Source: an uncultured cyanobacterium
Lineage (GTDB): Bacteria > Cyanobacteriota > Cyanobacteriia > Cyanobacteriales > CAWCAG01
DNA length: 64,000 bases
Assembly (NCBI GenBank): GCA_963793425.1
Contig: CAWCAG010000009.1
Span: 640,001-704,000, forward strand
Direction: 5' to 3'
Part shown: in pieces, positions 9,543 through 18,838 of the stretch
Layout: every line of letters starts with the position of its first letter
How positions within the stretch are numbered: the first letter of the stretch is position 1
The notes under the pieces: model-generated
Seen by the model: only the letters and a program-made list of their open reading frames with translations
Database searches by the model: none
Told to the model about the DNA's origin: nothing
Program-made: the position numbers and the translations under genes

Positions 9543-10631
9543 TCAAACATCAACGGGTATCTCCACAGGTTGATAGGGCATTCTGAAAAATCCTCTTACT
9601 GCTTTTTCTCTTTGGCTTGAAGTACGCTTTTGCTTGCAGCGTAAACCCATAACTGTCTTTAATCTTGGGGAATCTCCGGGAACTCTGGTTTTACCCACCG
9701 GAACTCTTTGGGCAGCGATAAAAACATCATCTTGATTAGGATGGTTGGGGTCATAAATATAGAGTTTAAGGTCATTACCAGATTCTTCATAACTGTAAGC
9801 AAGAACTTGGTGATTTTCCCAAATTTGGACACTACTTCCCCCCACATAAACTAAACCGATAACAACTAAATTACCGTCATCTAAATCAGCACTAATCTCT
9901 TCAAACTGGTCGTATGTACGTTTTTGTGTACCGAAAACTGTATCTTCCGGTAGTATCATCCACTGGGCAAACTTGGCAATATAGGTTCCGAATGCACCGA
10001 AAGAATCTGTTTGTCTGCGATAAAGATATTTATAGAAAGGAGTTCCCTTCGCCGGAGGTTCTTTTAATTCCGGTATCGGTTTTTGTGCCAAGAAAAAGTC
10101 ACAAGTTGCCGCAGACATTCCCCCGCATAAACCATAGGTGGATTCAATCTCTGTTAAGTTGGGCAGTTTGGGGACAGAAAAAGGCAAAGGATAGCCGGGG
10201 AAGCGATTGAGAAAGTTAAACCCATGTTGGGAAGGAGTAAAGGTGACATCAGGAGTGAAAATTTCTGGTAAACGGAATTCCCGAACAAAGGGAATCATCG
10301 CTGCGGTCTGGCGTTTGCTTCTCCCTTTGTAGCTATAGCGAAATTCTAAGTAAGGTAGATAAATATCCTTGAGATCCGGGAGGCGATGGCTACGACTAAC
10401 CCGATTCCAGTTTAATAGGCTTTGGGGCAACTTTGTGGTGATGGTTTTATAGTCGAGGTAGCGGGAAGATTCGTAGGTTAAAGTGAATTTACCTCTTGAA
10501 TCTGATAAACCAGCTTTGACGGTAAGATTGTCATCTTTGTCCCCTTCATCTTTATCAAAGATGCGAACCTGCACGTTTTCTGCGGCTACGCCATTTGTAA
10601 AGAAGATTTTGCCAGAGAATGTTTCTATCAT
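9543..10631 (-). CDS. Hypothetical protein: transthyretin-like N-terminal domain plus putative papain-fold cysteine-peptidase domain
   Basis: VRIFDKD..DD...GLSDSRGKF N-terminus; GLCGGMS, HQVLAY and IYDPN as candidate Cys-His-Asp triad. Confidence 0.6.
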   Translation of the reverse strand: MIETFSGKIFFTNGVAAENVQVRIFDKDEGDKDDNLTVKAGLSDSRGKFTLTYESSRYLDYKTITTKLPQSLLNWNRVSRSHRLPDLKDIYLPYLEFRYSYKGRSKRQTAAMIPFVREFRLPEIFTPDVTFTPSQHGFNFLNRFPGYPLPFSVPKLPNLTEIESTYGLCGGMSAATCDFFLAQKPIPELKEPPAKGTPFYKYLYRRQTDSFGAFGTYIAKFAQWMILPEDTVFGTQKRTYDQFEEISADLDDGNLVVIGLVYVGGSSVQIWENHQVLAYSYEESGNDLKLYIYDPNHPNQDDVFIAAQRVPVGKTRVPGDSPRLKTVMGLRCKQKRTSSQREKAVRGFFRMPYQPVEIPVDV

Positions 10632-11000
10632 GGGGAAACGGGGAGATGGTTTATAAAAATAGTATTTTGTCAATAGGCGATTTTGTTACAGCTAAAAAAG
10701 AAGTTTTTGTATTATGGTCGTAGCGTCATATTTTTTTTCTTCCTAAGCTATTCAAATTAGGGGAAAGCTCGATATATAGCTATTTTGCTTAATTGGAGTA
10801 TTTTTAAGCACATAAATACCCAAGTTACCATTTTTAGTTATTTTTCAAAATTCTATTACAAAAAGAACCCCTCTCAATGCCTTATGAAACCGTTCTTGAT
10901 ATAACTTTACAAATACACTGGGAATTTGCTTGAGTTTAAATGATTAAAAGCTTAATTAGGAGAAAGACAAGTTTTACTTATTAATTATTCAAACCGTGCA

Positions 11001-11393
11001 TTAAAGTTGCTCAATTAACTTAGCAACTCGCTCTTTAATTTCATCCCTGACACGGTGAAACGTTGCAACGGGTTGTCCGTCAGGATCATCTAGTTCCCAA
11101 TCTGCAAACACCTCTTGCCCTGCCCATTCAGGGGGTAAACTCGTTCCGCAACCACACATAGAAATGACCGCATCGTAATCTTGGGCATGAAAATTACTCA
11201 AAGGGTCAGAGGTTTGCTGACTAATATCAATACCAATTTCTGACATCACTTCAATGGCTGTAGGATGTACCCGACTAGCTTCTAAGCCAGAAGAAGTAAC
11301 CTCAATCTTACCTTCTCCTAATGTTTTGGCAAAACCTTCTGCCATTTGGGAACGGCAGGAGTTTCTTTTGCAAACAAACATAACTTTTTTCAT
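11001..11393 (-). CDS. arsC: Arsenate reductase (LMW-PTPase fold, glutathione/glutaredoxin type)
   Basis: CKRNSCRSQMAEG, MCGCG, DWELDDP. Confidence 0.95.
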   Translation of the reverse strand: MKKVMFVCKRNSCRSQMAEGFAKTLGEGKIEVTSSGLEASRVHPTAIEVMSEIGIDISQQTSDPLSNFHAQDYDAVISMCGCGTSLPPEWAGQEVFADWELDDPDGQPVATFHRVRDEIKERVAKLIEQL

Positions 11394-11405
11394 TTAACTA
11401 TTACT

Positions 11406-12575
11406 CTATTGGGCTTTTTGTTCACTATAAGGACTAGCACAACGAGGATCAAGCAAGGTTGCTTTTTCGGGATGTCTAGGAAACCAATTGGCAGTATGTT
11501 TACAAAATTCCACCAACATCAACATTGCTGGTACTTCAATCAACACCCCTACTACTGTTGCTAAAGCTGCACCTGAATTTAGTCCGAATAGAATGACTGC
11601 GGTGGCGATCGCAACTTCAAAATGGTTACTCGCACCAATTAAGGCGGCGGGGGCTGCATCTTCATAGTCTAAACCCAGCTTCAGGGCTGCGACATAGGTG
11701 ATGAAGAAGATGAAGTTGGTTTGTAAAAATAAGGGAACAGCAATTAATAAGATGTGTAGGGGGTTACTGACTATTAATTCTCCTTTGAAGGCAAACAGCA
11801 GCACTAAGGTAAAAAGTAAAGCTGCGATCGCAACAGGGGAAAGATAGTGGAGAAACTTTGCTTCAAACCATTGTCTCCCTTTGTATCTAAAAATCCAGTA
11901 ACGACTAAAAACCCCGGCTATTAAAGGCAAACCGACATAAATTAACACTGAAAGGGCAATGGTTTCCCAAGGTACGGTAAGGTTATTGACTGATAGTAAC
12001 CATTTTCCTAACGGTGCATAAAGAAATAACATCGCCAAGGAATTAACCGCTACCATCACCAAAGTATGTCCTTGGTTACTGTAGGATAAGTAGCCCCACA
12101 TCAATACCATAGCCGTACAAGGAGCAATCCCCAGTAAAATTGCCCCAGCAATATAAGAATTAGCTAAACTGACTTCAACACCCCGCACCATCTCTGTTGC
12201 TGATAACCAAGACTTAAACAGTCCACCAAGGAAAAACTGGGCAAACACCACCATGGTAAAAGGTTTAACCAGCCAGTTTATGACTAGAGTTAATAATACT
12301 GGTTTGGGGGTTCGTGCTGCTTTGGCTGCCTGAGAAAAGTCAATTTTAACCATGATGGGGTACATCATGAAAAACAGACAAATAGCAATAGGAATCGAAA
12401 CGTTGTAAATGCTCAGCGAATCAAGGGATTGAGCCACCCCAGGAAAGATTTTTCCCAGGGCTATACCAGCAACAATGCAGAGAGCAACCCACAGAGTCAG
12501 GTATTTTTCAAAAAAGCTCAGTTGGCTGCCAGCTTTGATGGCTTGGGCATTAATTTGGGAACTTTTTGAGTTCAT
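11406..12575 (-). CDS. acr3: ACR3-family arsenite efflux transporter
   Basis: [42 protein letters not shown]. Confidence 0.95.
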   Translation of the reverse strand: MNSKSSQINAQAIKAGSQLSFFEKYLTLWVALCIVAGIALGKIFPGVAQSLDSLSIYNVSIPIAICLFFMMYPIMVKIDFSQAAKAARTPKPVLLTLVINWLVKPFTMVVFAQFFLGGLFKSWLSATEMVRGVEVSLANSYIAGAILLGIAPCTAMVLMWGYLSYSNQGHTLVMVAVNSLAMLFLYAPLGKWLLSVNNLTVPWETIALSVLIYVGLPLIAGVFSRYWIFRYKGRQWFEAKFLHYLSPVAIAALLFTLVLLFAFKGELIVSNPLHILLIAVPLFLQTNFIFFITYVAALKLGLDYEDAAPAALIGASNHFEVAIATAVILFGLNSGAALATVVGVLIEVPAMLMLVEFCKHTANWFPRHPEKATLLDPRCASPYSEQKAQ

Positions 12576-12610
12576 CTTTCCGCTCAAGTTTGTGGGAGTG
12601 GTTTAATCTT

Positions 12611-12647
12611 ATATCAAATAAACTTGATATATCAAGTTCGCTTAAAA
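12611..12647 (-). promoter_or_regulatory. ArsR-type operator: ATATCAA-ATAAAC-TTGATAT palindrome plus a degenerate second ATCAA-N6 unit
   Basis: Matches the ATCAA(N6)TTGAT ArsR box known from the Synechocystis ars promoter; lies just upstream of acr3. Confidence 0.75.
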
Positions 12648-12760
12648 TTACCTCAATCTGAGTGTTAGAGCTATCAAGCTTAAGATATTAGGATTAAGGT
12701 GCAGTTAAAATCTTGATTCGGTCGGTTTTATCAAGGCACTTTAGGAAGCCGATTGTAGGA

Positions 12761-13240
12761 TTAAATAGCTAAACCCAACTTCAAACCCAACAAAGCATGA
12801 ACAAAAAGTAAACCAAGGGCGACAGTTCCTATATAAGCATGAACTGTACGTAAGCCAGGTTTGTTGCCACCAAATTTAGTTGCTGAAAGTACTCCGTTAA
12901 CAGTAAGTAAGCCAATTACCACTGAACCTGTCCAAAAATGAGGACTTTCTAAGATGGGTTGCTTTTGCATCACTAAAGATAACACTCCTCCGGTGTAACC
13001 AGAAGCGAGGAATAAAAACAACCAGGGGGCAAGTTTGCGATGATCTTGCTTACTTTTAATAGCAACTTCACCCTCTTCAGCAGTACGTCCCCGCCATCCT
13101 GCTAAACCCACGAAAGTTCCCATGACAAAGACGACAATTCCCATCATTAAAGGATGTCCCCAATGAACAATGGGTTCCGGTATACCTAAACTACGAAACC
13201 AAGCAGCAACAGGTTCTAAAATATTACTCAAATTATTCAT
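12761..13240 (-). CDS. DUF4079 membrane protein (cytochrome b561-like histidines)
   Basis: HWGHPLMM, DHRKL, SPHFWTG, VHAYIG. Confidence 0.85.
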   Translation of the reverse strand: MNNLSNILEPVAAWFRSLGIPEPIVHWGHPLMMGIVVFVMGTFVGLAGWRGRTAEEGEVAIKSKQDHRKLAPWLFLFLASGYTGGVLSLVMQKQPILESPHFWTGSVVIGLLTVNGVLSATKFGGNKPGLRTVHAYIGTVALGLLFVHALLGLKLGLAI

Positions 13241-13276
13241 CTAGCTTTTATAGTAAACAAAAATGGTTTTGAACGA

Positions 13277-14155
13277 TTAACCATTAACCAGCAAAGGATA
13301 CCCCAAATCTTCCCTTTGTTGTAAATATAAATGAGCTACCTTGCGGGCTAAGTTACGAATCATACCGATATAACGGGTTCTTTCTGTCACGGCGATCGCA
13401 CCTCTAGCATCTAGTAAATTAAAGGTATGGGAACATTTTAAAACATAATCAAGGCTAGGCAAAACTAGACCTTTCTCAATTAATTGCTGGGCTTCTTGTT
13501 CATATAAACTAAAAAGTTTGAACAGTAAATCAGGGTCAGAAGCAGTAAAGTTGTAGGTACATTGTTCAATCTCCCCTTGTAAATGCACATCGCCATAGCT
13601 GAGGTGATTATTCCAGCTAATTTTCACCATGGCATCTACATCTTGAAGATACATAGCCAGCCTTTCTAAACCATAAGTGATCTCAATGGAAACAGGACGA
13701 CAATCAATACCGCCACATTGTTGAAAATAAGTAAATTGAGTGACTTCCATCCCATCTAACCAAACTTCCCAACCAACACCCCAAGCCCCCAAGGTGGGAG
13801 ACTCCCAATTATCTTCTACAAAGCGAATATCATGGTCTTCCGGCAGAATTCCCAAGGCTTTGAGAGAATCTAAATAAACCTCTTGAATCTGATCAGGAGA
13901 AGGTTTAATTAAGACTTGGTATTGATAATAATGCTGAAAACGATTAGGATTTTCTCCATAACGTCCATCCGTTGGTCTTCTGCAAGGTTCAACATAGGCA
14001 ACTGACCAAGGTTCAGGACCTATAGCCCGTAAAAAAGTGTGGTGGTTCATAGTTCCCGCACCCTTTTCTGTATCATAGGGTTGAGCGATGAGACAGCCGC
14101 GATCGCTCCAGAACTGATTTAATTTGGCAATAATACCTTGAAAACTGATGGACAC
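13277..14155 (-). CDS. glyQ: Glycine--tRNA ligase alpha subunit
   Basis: [45 protein letters not shown]. Confidence 0.98.
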   Translation of the reverse strand: MSISFQGIIAKLNQFWSDRGCLIAQPYDTEKGAGTMNHHTFLRAIGPEPWSVAYVEPCRRPTDGRYGENPNRFQHYYQYQVLIKPSPDQIQEVYLDSLKALGILPEDHDIRFVEDNWESPTLGAWGVGWEVWLDGMEVTQFTYFQQCGGIDCRPVSIEITYGLERLAMYLQDVDAMVKISWNNHLSYGDVHLQGEIEQCTYNFTASDPDLLFKLFSLYEQEAQQLIEKGLVLPSLDYVLKCSHTFNLLDARGAIAVTERTRYIGMIRNLARKVAHLYLQQREDLGYPLLVNG

Positions 14156-14297
14156 AGGTTTTGATCGTAAATATTCTTTCCTATTATCCCTGGAATGGTG
14201 ACTCTTGTACTCAATTAACGTAATCTTTTTAAGGAATTCTTGAAGCCAAGTTGAAGTAAGCTAGAGACTCAGCTTTCCCTGTTGTCATCCTCAAGCC

Positions 14298-15347
14298 ATG
14301 TCCCAAAAGAACGAAACCCTACCTCTAGTTTTGGCCCTCGTTGTAACTGCTGCTTTATTGGGTGGTGGTGGTTGGTGGCTGTTACGTCAGTTCGGTGACT
14401 CTTCAGCCAATGATTCTTCTGCTACTGATAGCAATAGCAATCGGGTTACTCAGTCTTCTCAAGTAGCCAACTTTGCCCAACTAGAAGGAGTTCCCAACGG
14501 TTTATTTAACTATGGTGGCAGTACAACTTGGGCCCCCATTCGCAAGGAAGTAGACTCCGCCATCCAAACTGTTTGGCCAGAATTTAACCTACGTTATACA
14601 GATCATCCCACCAAAGCACCGGGTTCTAGTACAGGAATTGAGATGTTATTAAAAGGGCAGTTAGCTTTCTCTCAATCCTCTCGTTCTCTTAAAGATGAAG
14701 AATATGAACAAGCAGCCCAAAGAGGATTTACCATTGAAGAAATTCCTGTAGCCATTGACGGTATTGCCATTGCCGCTAACCCTGATTTAGATGTTTCTGG
14801 TTTGAGCATCAAGCAAATTCGAGATATTTACACAGGCAAGATAACTAATTGGAACGAAATAGGTGGTCCTAATTTGCCCATTACTCCTTACAGTCGCCGT
14901 TTAGAGGATGGGGGAACTGTAGAATTTTTTGTAGATAATATTTTAGCAGAAGAAGAGTTTGGTGATAATGTCAAATTTATTCCTACCACCACTGAAGCAA
15001 TTAGGGCAGTAGCAGTAGAACCAGGGGGTCTTTACTATGCCTCTGCCCCAGAAATAGTTCCCCAATGTACCATCAAATCTTTACCTTTAGCTTCAAGTTC
15101 CTCACAAGAATTTGTTTCTCCTTATCAAGAACCCTTTGTTCCCCTCAGCCAATGTCCTAACCAACGTAATGAACTTAATAGCAAAGCTTTCCAAACAGGT
15201 ACTTATCCCATTACACGCCGCCTGTTTGTCATTGTGAAAAAAAATGGTCAAGATGATGAACAAGCAGGAGTAGCATACGCCAACCTTTTACTTAGCGATC
15301 AAGGACAAAAATTAGTTCGCGAAGCTGGTTTTGTAAATATCCGCTAA
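14298..15347 (+). CDS. PstS-like (PBP2) substrate-binding protein, N-terminally membrane-anchored
   Basis: GGSTTW, PGSSTGI, SQSSR, VAIDGIAI, YPITRRLFV. Confidence 0.85.
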   Translation: MSQKNETLPLVLALVVTAALLGGGGWWLLRQFGDSSANDSSATDSNSNRVTQSSQVANFAQLEGVPNGLFNYGGSTTWAPIRKEVDSAIQTVWPEFNLRYTDHPTKAPGSSTGIEMLLKGQLAFSQSSRSLKDEEYEQAAQRGFTIEEIPVAIDGIAIAANPDLDVSGLSIKQIRDIYTGKITNWNEIGGPNLPITPYSRRLEDGGTVEFFVDNILAEEEFGDNVKFIPTTTEAIRAVAVEPGGLYYASAPEIVPQCTIKSLPLASSSSQEFVSPYQEPFVPLSQCPNQRNELNSKAFQTGTYPITRRLFVIVKKNGQDDEQAGVAYANLLLSDQGQKLVREAGFVNIR

Positions 15348-15394
15348 TTTCAGAATACTCTAAGTCCTTAAATTAATAATTTTTAGTTATTATT

Positions 15395-16309
15395 ATGTCT
15401 CAAAAAAACGAAACTTTAACTTTAGTTTTAGCTTTATTAGTCACTGCTGCTTTATTAGGTGGGGGCTGGTTTTTCTTCCGCAATAAGTTGGGTGGAGGAG
15501 AGGAGAATTATGCTAATCAAAGCCCTCAAGCTGGTAATACTGGTAACAATAATAGTAATAACAACTCCTTTTCTCCTCCTAGTAATGTCCCGGATGGCAC
15601 AACAGTAAGCATTGCTGGTTCTACCAGTATGGTACAAATTAATCAAGCCTTAAAAAATAGTTTCGAGCAGCAATTTCCTAATACTAGAGTTGAAACCCAA
15701 CCAGGAGGTACAGATAAAGGGATTGAATTGCTTGCGGGGGGCAACATCGATTTAGCCGCAGTTTCTCGCCCTTTAACCCAAGAAGAAACCAGTCAAGGTT
15801 TAGTACCAGTAGCTGTTGCCGCAGACGCGATCGCTGTGGTAGTTAGCAAAGAAAATGTTTTCTCTAAAAGTTTGACAGAGCAACAAGTTAGGGATATTTT
15901 CCAAGGTAAGATTAGTAACTGGTCGGAATTAGGAGGAGGACAGGGAAATATCAAAGCAATTAATCGTCCTCCCGTTAGTGGAACTCGCCAATTTTTCCAA
16001 GAAGTAGTTTTACAGGGAGGAGATTTTGGTAACGGCGCTAATTTTGAAATTATGCAAAGGGATGCAACAACTCCTATTTTGCAAAAGCTAGGTGGCAATG
16101 GCATTAGTTATGCAACCTATGCCCAGGTTGCTAATCAAGGAACTGTTCGGGTTTTGCAAATAAATGGTCTTAATCCTAATAGCGGTAATTACCCTTTTCA
16201 AAGGGAGTTATATTACGTTTATAAAGAACCTGCTAGTGAGGCAGTGAAAGCTTTTTTAGGTTATGTTGGTTCTCCTGAAGGGCAAAGTGCGATCGCCGGA
16301 GGAAGTTAA
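15395..16309 (+). CDS. PstS-like (PBP2) substrate-binding protein, paralog
   Basis: GSTSM, GTDKGI, AVSR, DAIAVVV, RPPVSGT, YPFQRELYY. Confidence 0.85.
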   Translation: MSQKNETLTLVLALLVTAALLGGGWFFFRNKLGGGEENYANQSPQAGNTGNNNSNNNSFSPPSNVPDGTTVSIAGSTSMVQINQALKNSFEQQFPNTRVETQPGGTDKGIELLAGGNIDLAAVSRPLTQEETSQGLVPVAVAADAIAVVVSKENVFSKSLTEQQVRDIFQGKISNWSELGGGQGNIKAINRPPVSGTRQFFQEVVLQGGDFGNGANFEIMQRDATTPILQKLGGNGISYATYAQVANQGTVRVLQINGLNPNSGNYPFQRELYYVYKEPASEAVKAFLGYVGSPEGQSAIAGGS

Positions 16310-16312
16310 TGA

Positions 16313-17002
16313 TTAACTTTTGCGAGTCGCTTCGATCAGACGAGAATAATAGAAACTTGTACTAGTCATGCCATTACCGTTGGGGGTAAAACCAAGGTTA
16401 TGCAAGATTTCAATAATATCTGCTTCGCGATGTTGATAGGCACGGGTAGCTTTACTAGGGCCAGGAAAAAAATCTCCTACTTTTTTTAAAACCGTTAAAC
16501 CTAAAGTCTTTGGGGCAAAGCTGAGAATGAGGCGAGATGCAGCGAGGGAAGCAAGATGACTAATCATTTGTGCGGCTTTAGCTTGGGGATAGTGAATTAA
16601 GACATCTAAGCAGATAACTGTGTGGTATTTACCTGTTAATGCTTCTAAGTCTTTGACAGCAAAGGTCGGATTGTTTTTCTGCCCTAGAGTCGCTTCTGCC
16701 CGTTGCTGGGCTTCTCCAACCATTTTCTTAGAGATATCACTAGAAAAAACCTTAGCACCTGCTTGAGCAAGGGGAATACTAAGACTGCCCACACCACAAC
16801 CAGCATCGCAGATGGTTATTTGGTTTAAGTTATCATCTGCTTTCAACCAAGACAAAACGGTATCAACGGTTTGTTGATGTCCGGTGCGAATATCCTGCTG
16901 AACTTTATTAACTTCTCCATTGCCATATATTCTACGCCAACGGTCAAACCCAGTAGCATTAAAGTATTCTGTAACAATGGCTTTATCGTCAACTACATTC
17001 AT
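16313..17002 (-). CDS. chlM: Magnesium-protoporphyrin IX methyltransferase
   Basis: YFNATGFDRWRRIYG, DAGCGVGSL, CLDVLIHYP, FPGPSKATRAY. Confidence 0.96.
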   Translation of the reverse strand: MNVVDDKAIVTEYFNATGFDRWRRIYGNGEVNKVQQDIRTGHQQTVDTVLSWLKADDNLNQITICDAGCGVGSLSIPLAQAGAKVFSSDISKKMVGEAQQRAEATLGQKNNPTFAVKDLEALTGKYHTVICLDVLIHYPQAKAAQMISHLASLAASRLILSFAPKTLGLTVLKKVGDFFPGPSKATRAYQHREADIIEILHNLGFTPNGNGMTSTSFYYSRLIEATRKS

Positions 17003-17071
17003 AAAAATTAAATCTTAAAGTTTAGTTTGGCTCTAAGGTTAATACTTTATCAGCTATTGGCTCTAAAGCAA

Positions 17072-18814
17072 TTAATCAAAAGCTAAACTTTGCTCACTCA
17101 TGAGTAGTTCTTCAAATTCCCCGGCAGTGAGGGGATGACTAAATAAAAATCCTTGCATTTCATCACAGTTATTTTGGCGAAGGAAGTTAAGTTCGGCATT
17201 AGTTTCTACCCCTTCAGCAATAACTTTAAAACTTAAACTATGAGCCATTTGTAAAATAGCATTGGTGATGGCGGCATTTTTGGTATTGTGCTGAATATTG
17301 TGGATAAAACAGCGGTCTATTTTGAGAATATCAAAGGGGAATTGTTGCAAATAACTTAAAGAAGAATAGCCAGTTCCAAAGTCATCAATGGCGATTTTAA
17401 TACCTAACATCTTGAGAGCATTTAATTTGTTTCTGGCTAAAGTGACATTTTGTACTAGGATACTTTCAGTTAACTCTAGTTCTAAATATTGGGGATCTAG
17501 TCCTGTATCTACTAGTATTTTTACTAAACTTTGACGTAACTCTGGTTGAGAAAATTGACGACCTGATAAATTAACAGCAATTAATAAAGGTGCTGTTTTT
17601 CTCAAAGAATGCCAGATTTTACCTTGGCGACAAGCTGTACTTAACACCCATTCTCCAATGGGTATAATTAAGCCTGTTTCTTCTGCTAAAGGAATAAACT
17701 TATTAGGAGAAATTAGACCTTTGCCCGGACTATCCCACCTTACCAATGCCTCTACTCCCGTTATTTTACCAGTTCTCAAGCTGATGCGAGGTTGATAATA
17801 AAGCTGTAATTCCTCTTTTTCTAATGCTTGCCTTAAGCTAGTTTCTAAGGATAAAATATTTGCTTGAGAATCATTCAAATTTCCTTGGAAAAATTGATAT
17901 TGATTGCCTCCTTGCACAACAGCATAATCCATAGCTAGTTGTGAGTGTTGCAGCAAATCTTCTAAGCTAGTTTGGCAGCGAAAAGAAAAAGCAATACCAA
18001 TACTAGCAGTAACAAAAACTTCTTGACTATTAAGTATAAAAGATTGATTAATAATGGCTAAAACTTTCCTGGCTACTTCTGCAACAACTTCTTTTTCTGT
18101 TGTCGCCCCCAACATAATAATGAATCGATTAGGGTTTAGATAAGTGACAGCATCATCATCTCCTTTGAAGTGTAACTTCAAACGTTTAGCAATGGATTTA
18201 AGCAGTAAATCTCCATAATCATGACCTAAAGTTTCATTAATTCTATTAAGGCGATCTAGGCGCAAACAAATTACTGAAATAACTTGCTTATTTTCTTGGA
18301 CTGAAGCATTATTATGGGTCAGTGTAGTGAATCTTTCTCTCAGAGATAAACGGTTAGGTAATCCGGTCAGGCTATCATGATAAACTAAATAATCGAGCTT
18401 TTCTTCTATTTCTTTTAATTGAGAACCATAGCGTTCTTCAACTAAAGCTAATTTTTCCAGTTGGGTTTGAATTGCCCCTAATAACTCTGCTCTGGTAAAA
18501 GGTTTGGTTAGGTAATCGTAAGCCCCTAATTGCATTCCTTTACGGAAGTCTGCTTTGGTTGCTTTGGCACTGAGAAAAATAAAAGGTACTGTAGCTGTTT
18601 GTAAGTTTTTTCTTAATAAATGGAGAACTTGATAACCATCAAGTTGCGGCATCATCACATCACAAATGATTAAGTTCGGTAATTCTTTTTGAGCAAGTTC
18701 AATACCCTGACGACCATCAGCAGCACAAACAGTCTGGAAATCTTCTGCCTCTAATAGTTCCAGGATATTATCTCTAACTAACTTTTCGTCTTCAATTACA
18801 AGAATCTTGGTCAT
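17072..18814 (-). CDS. REC-GGDEF(degenerate)-EAL response regulator; probable c-di-GMP phosphodiesterase
   Basis: CDVMMP receiver; HDSLTGLPNR; GGDEF replaced by NPNRF; EAL, DDFGTGYSS and EGVE intact. Confidence 0.92.
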   Translation of the reverse strand: MTKILVIEDEKLVRDNILELLEAEDFQTVCAADGRQGIELAQKELPNLIICDVMMPQLDGYQVLHLLRKNLQTATVPFIFLSAKATKADFRKGMQLGAYDYLTKPFTRAELLGAIQTQLEKLALVEERYGSQLKEIEEKLDYLVYHDSLTGLPNRLSLRERFTTLTHNNASVQENKQVISVICLRLDRLNRINETLGHDYGDLLLKSIAKRLKLHFKGDDDAVTYLNPNRFIIMLGATTEKEVVAEVARKVLAIINQSFILNSQEVFVTASIGIAFSFRCQTSLEDLLQHSQLAMDYAVVQGGNQYQFFQGNLNDSQANILSLETSLRQALEKEELQLYYQPRISLRTGKITGVEALVRWDSPGKGLISPNKFIPLAEETGLIIPIGEWVLSTACRQGKIWHSLRKTAPLLIAVNLSGRQFSQPELRQSLVKILVDTGLDPQYLELELTESILVQNVTLARNKLNALKMLGIKIAIDDFGTGYSSLSYLQQFPFDILKIDRCFIHNIQHNTKNAAITNAILQMAHSLSFKVIAEGVETNAELNFLRQNNCDEMQGFLFSHPLTAGEFEELLMSEQSLAFD

Positions 18815-18838
18815 TAGCGATTCCAGCTCAATAAGTTG

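Noticed and set aside
13277..14155. glyQ without adjacent glyS
   Set aside because: Separation of the two subunit genes is common in cyanobacteria
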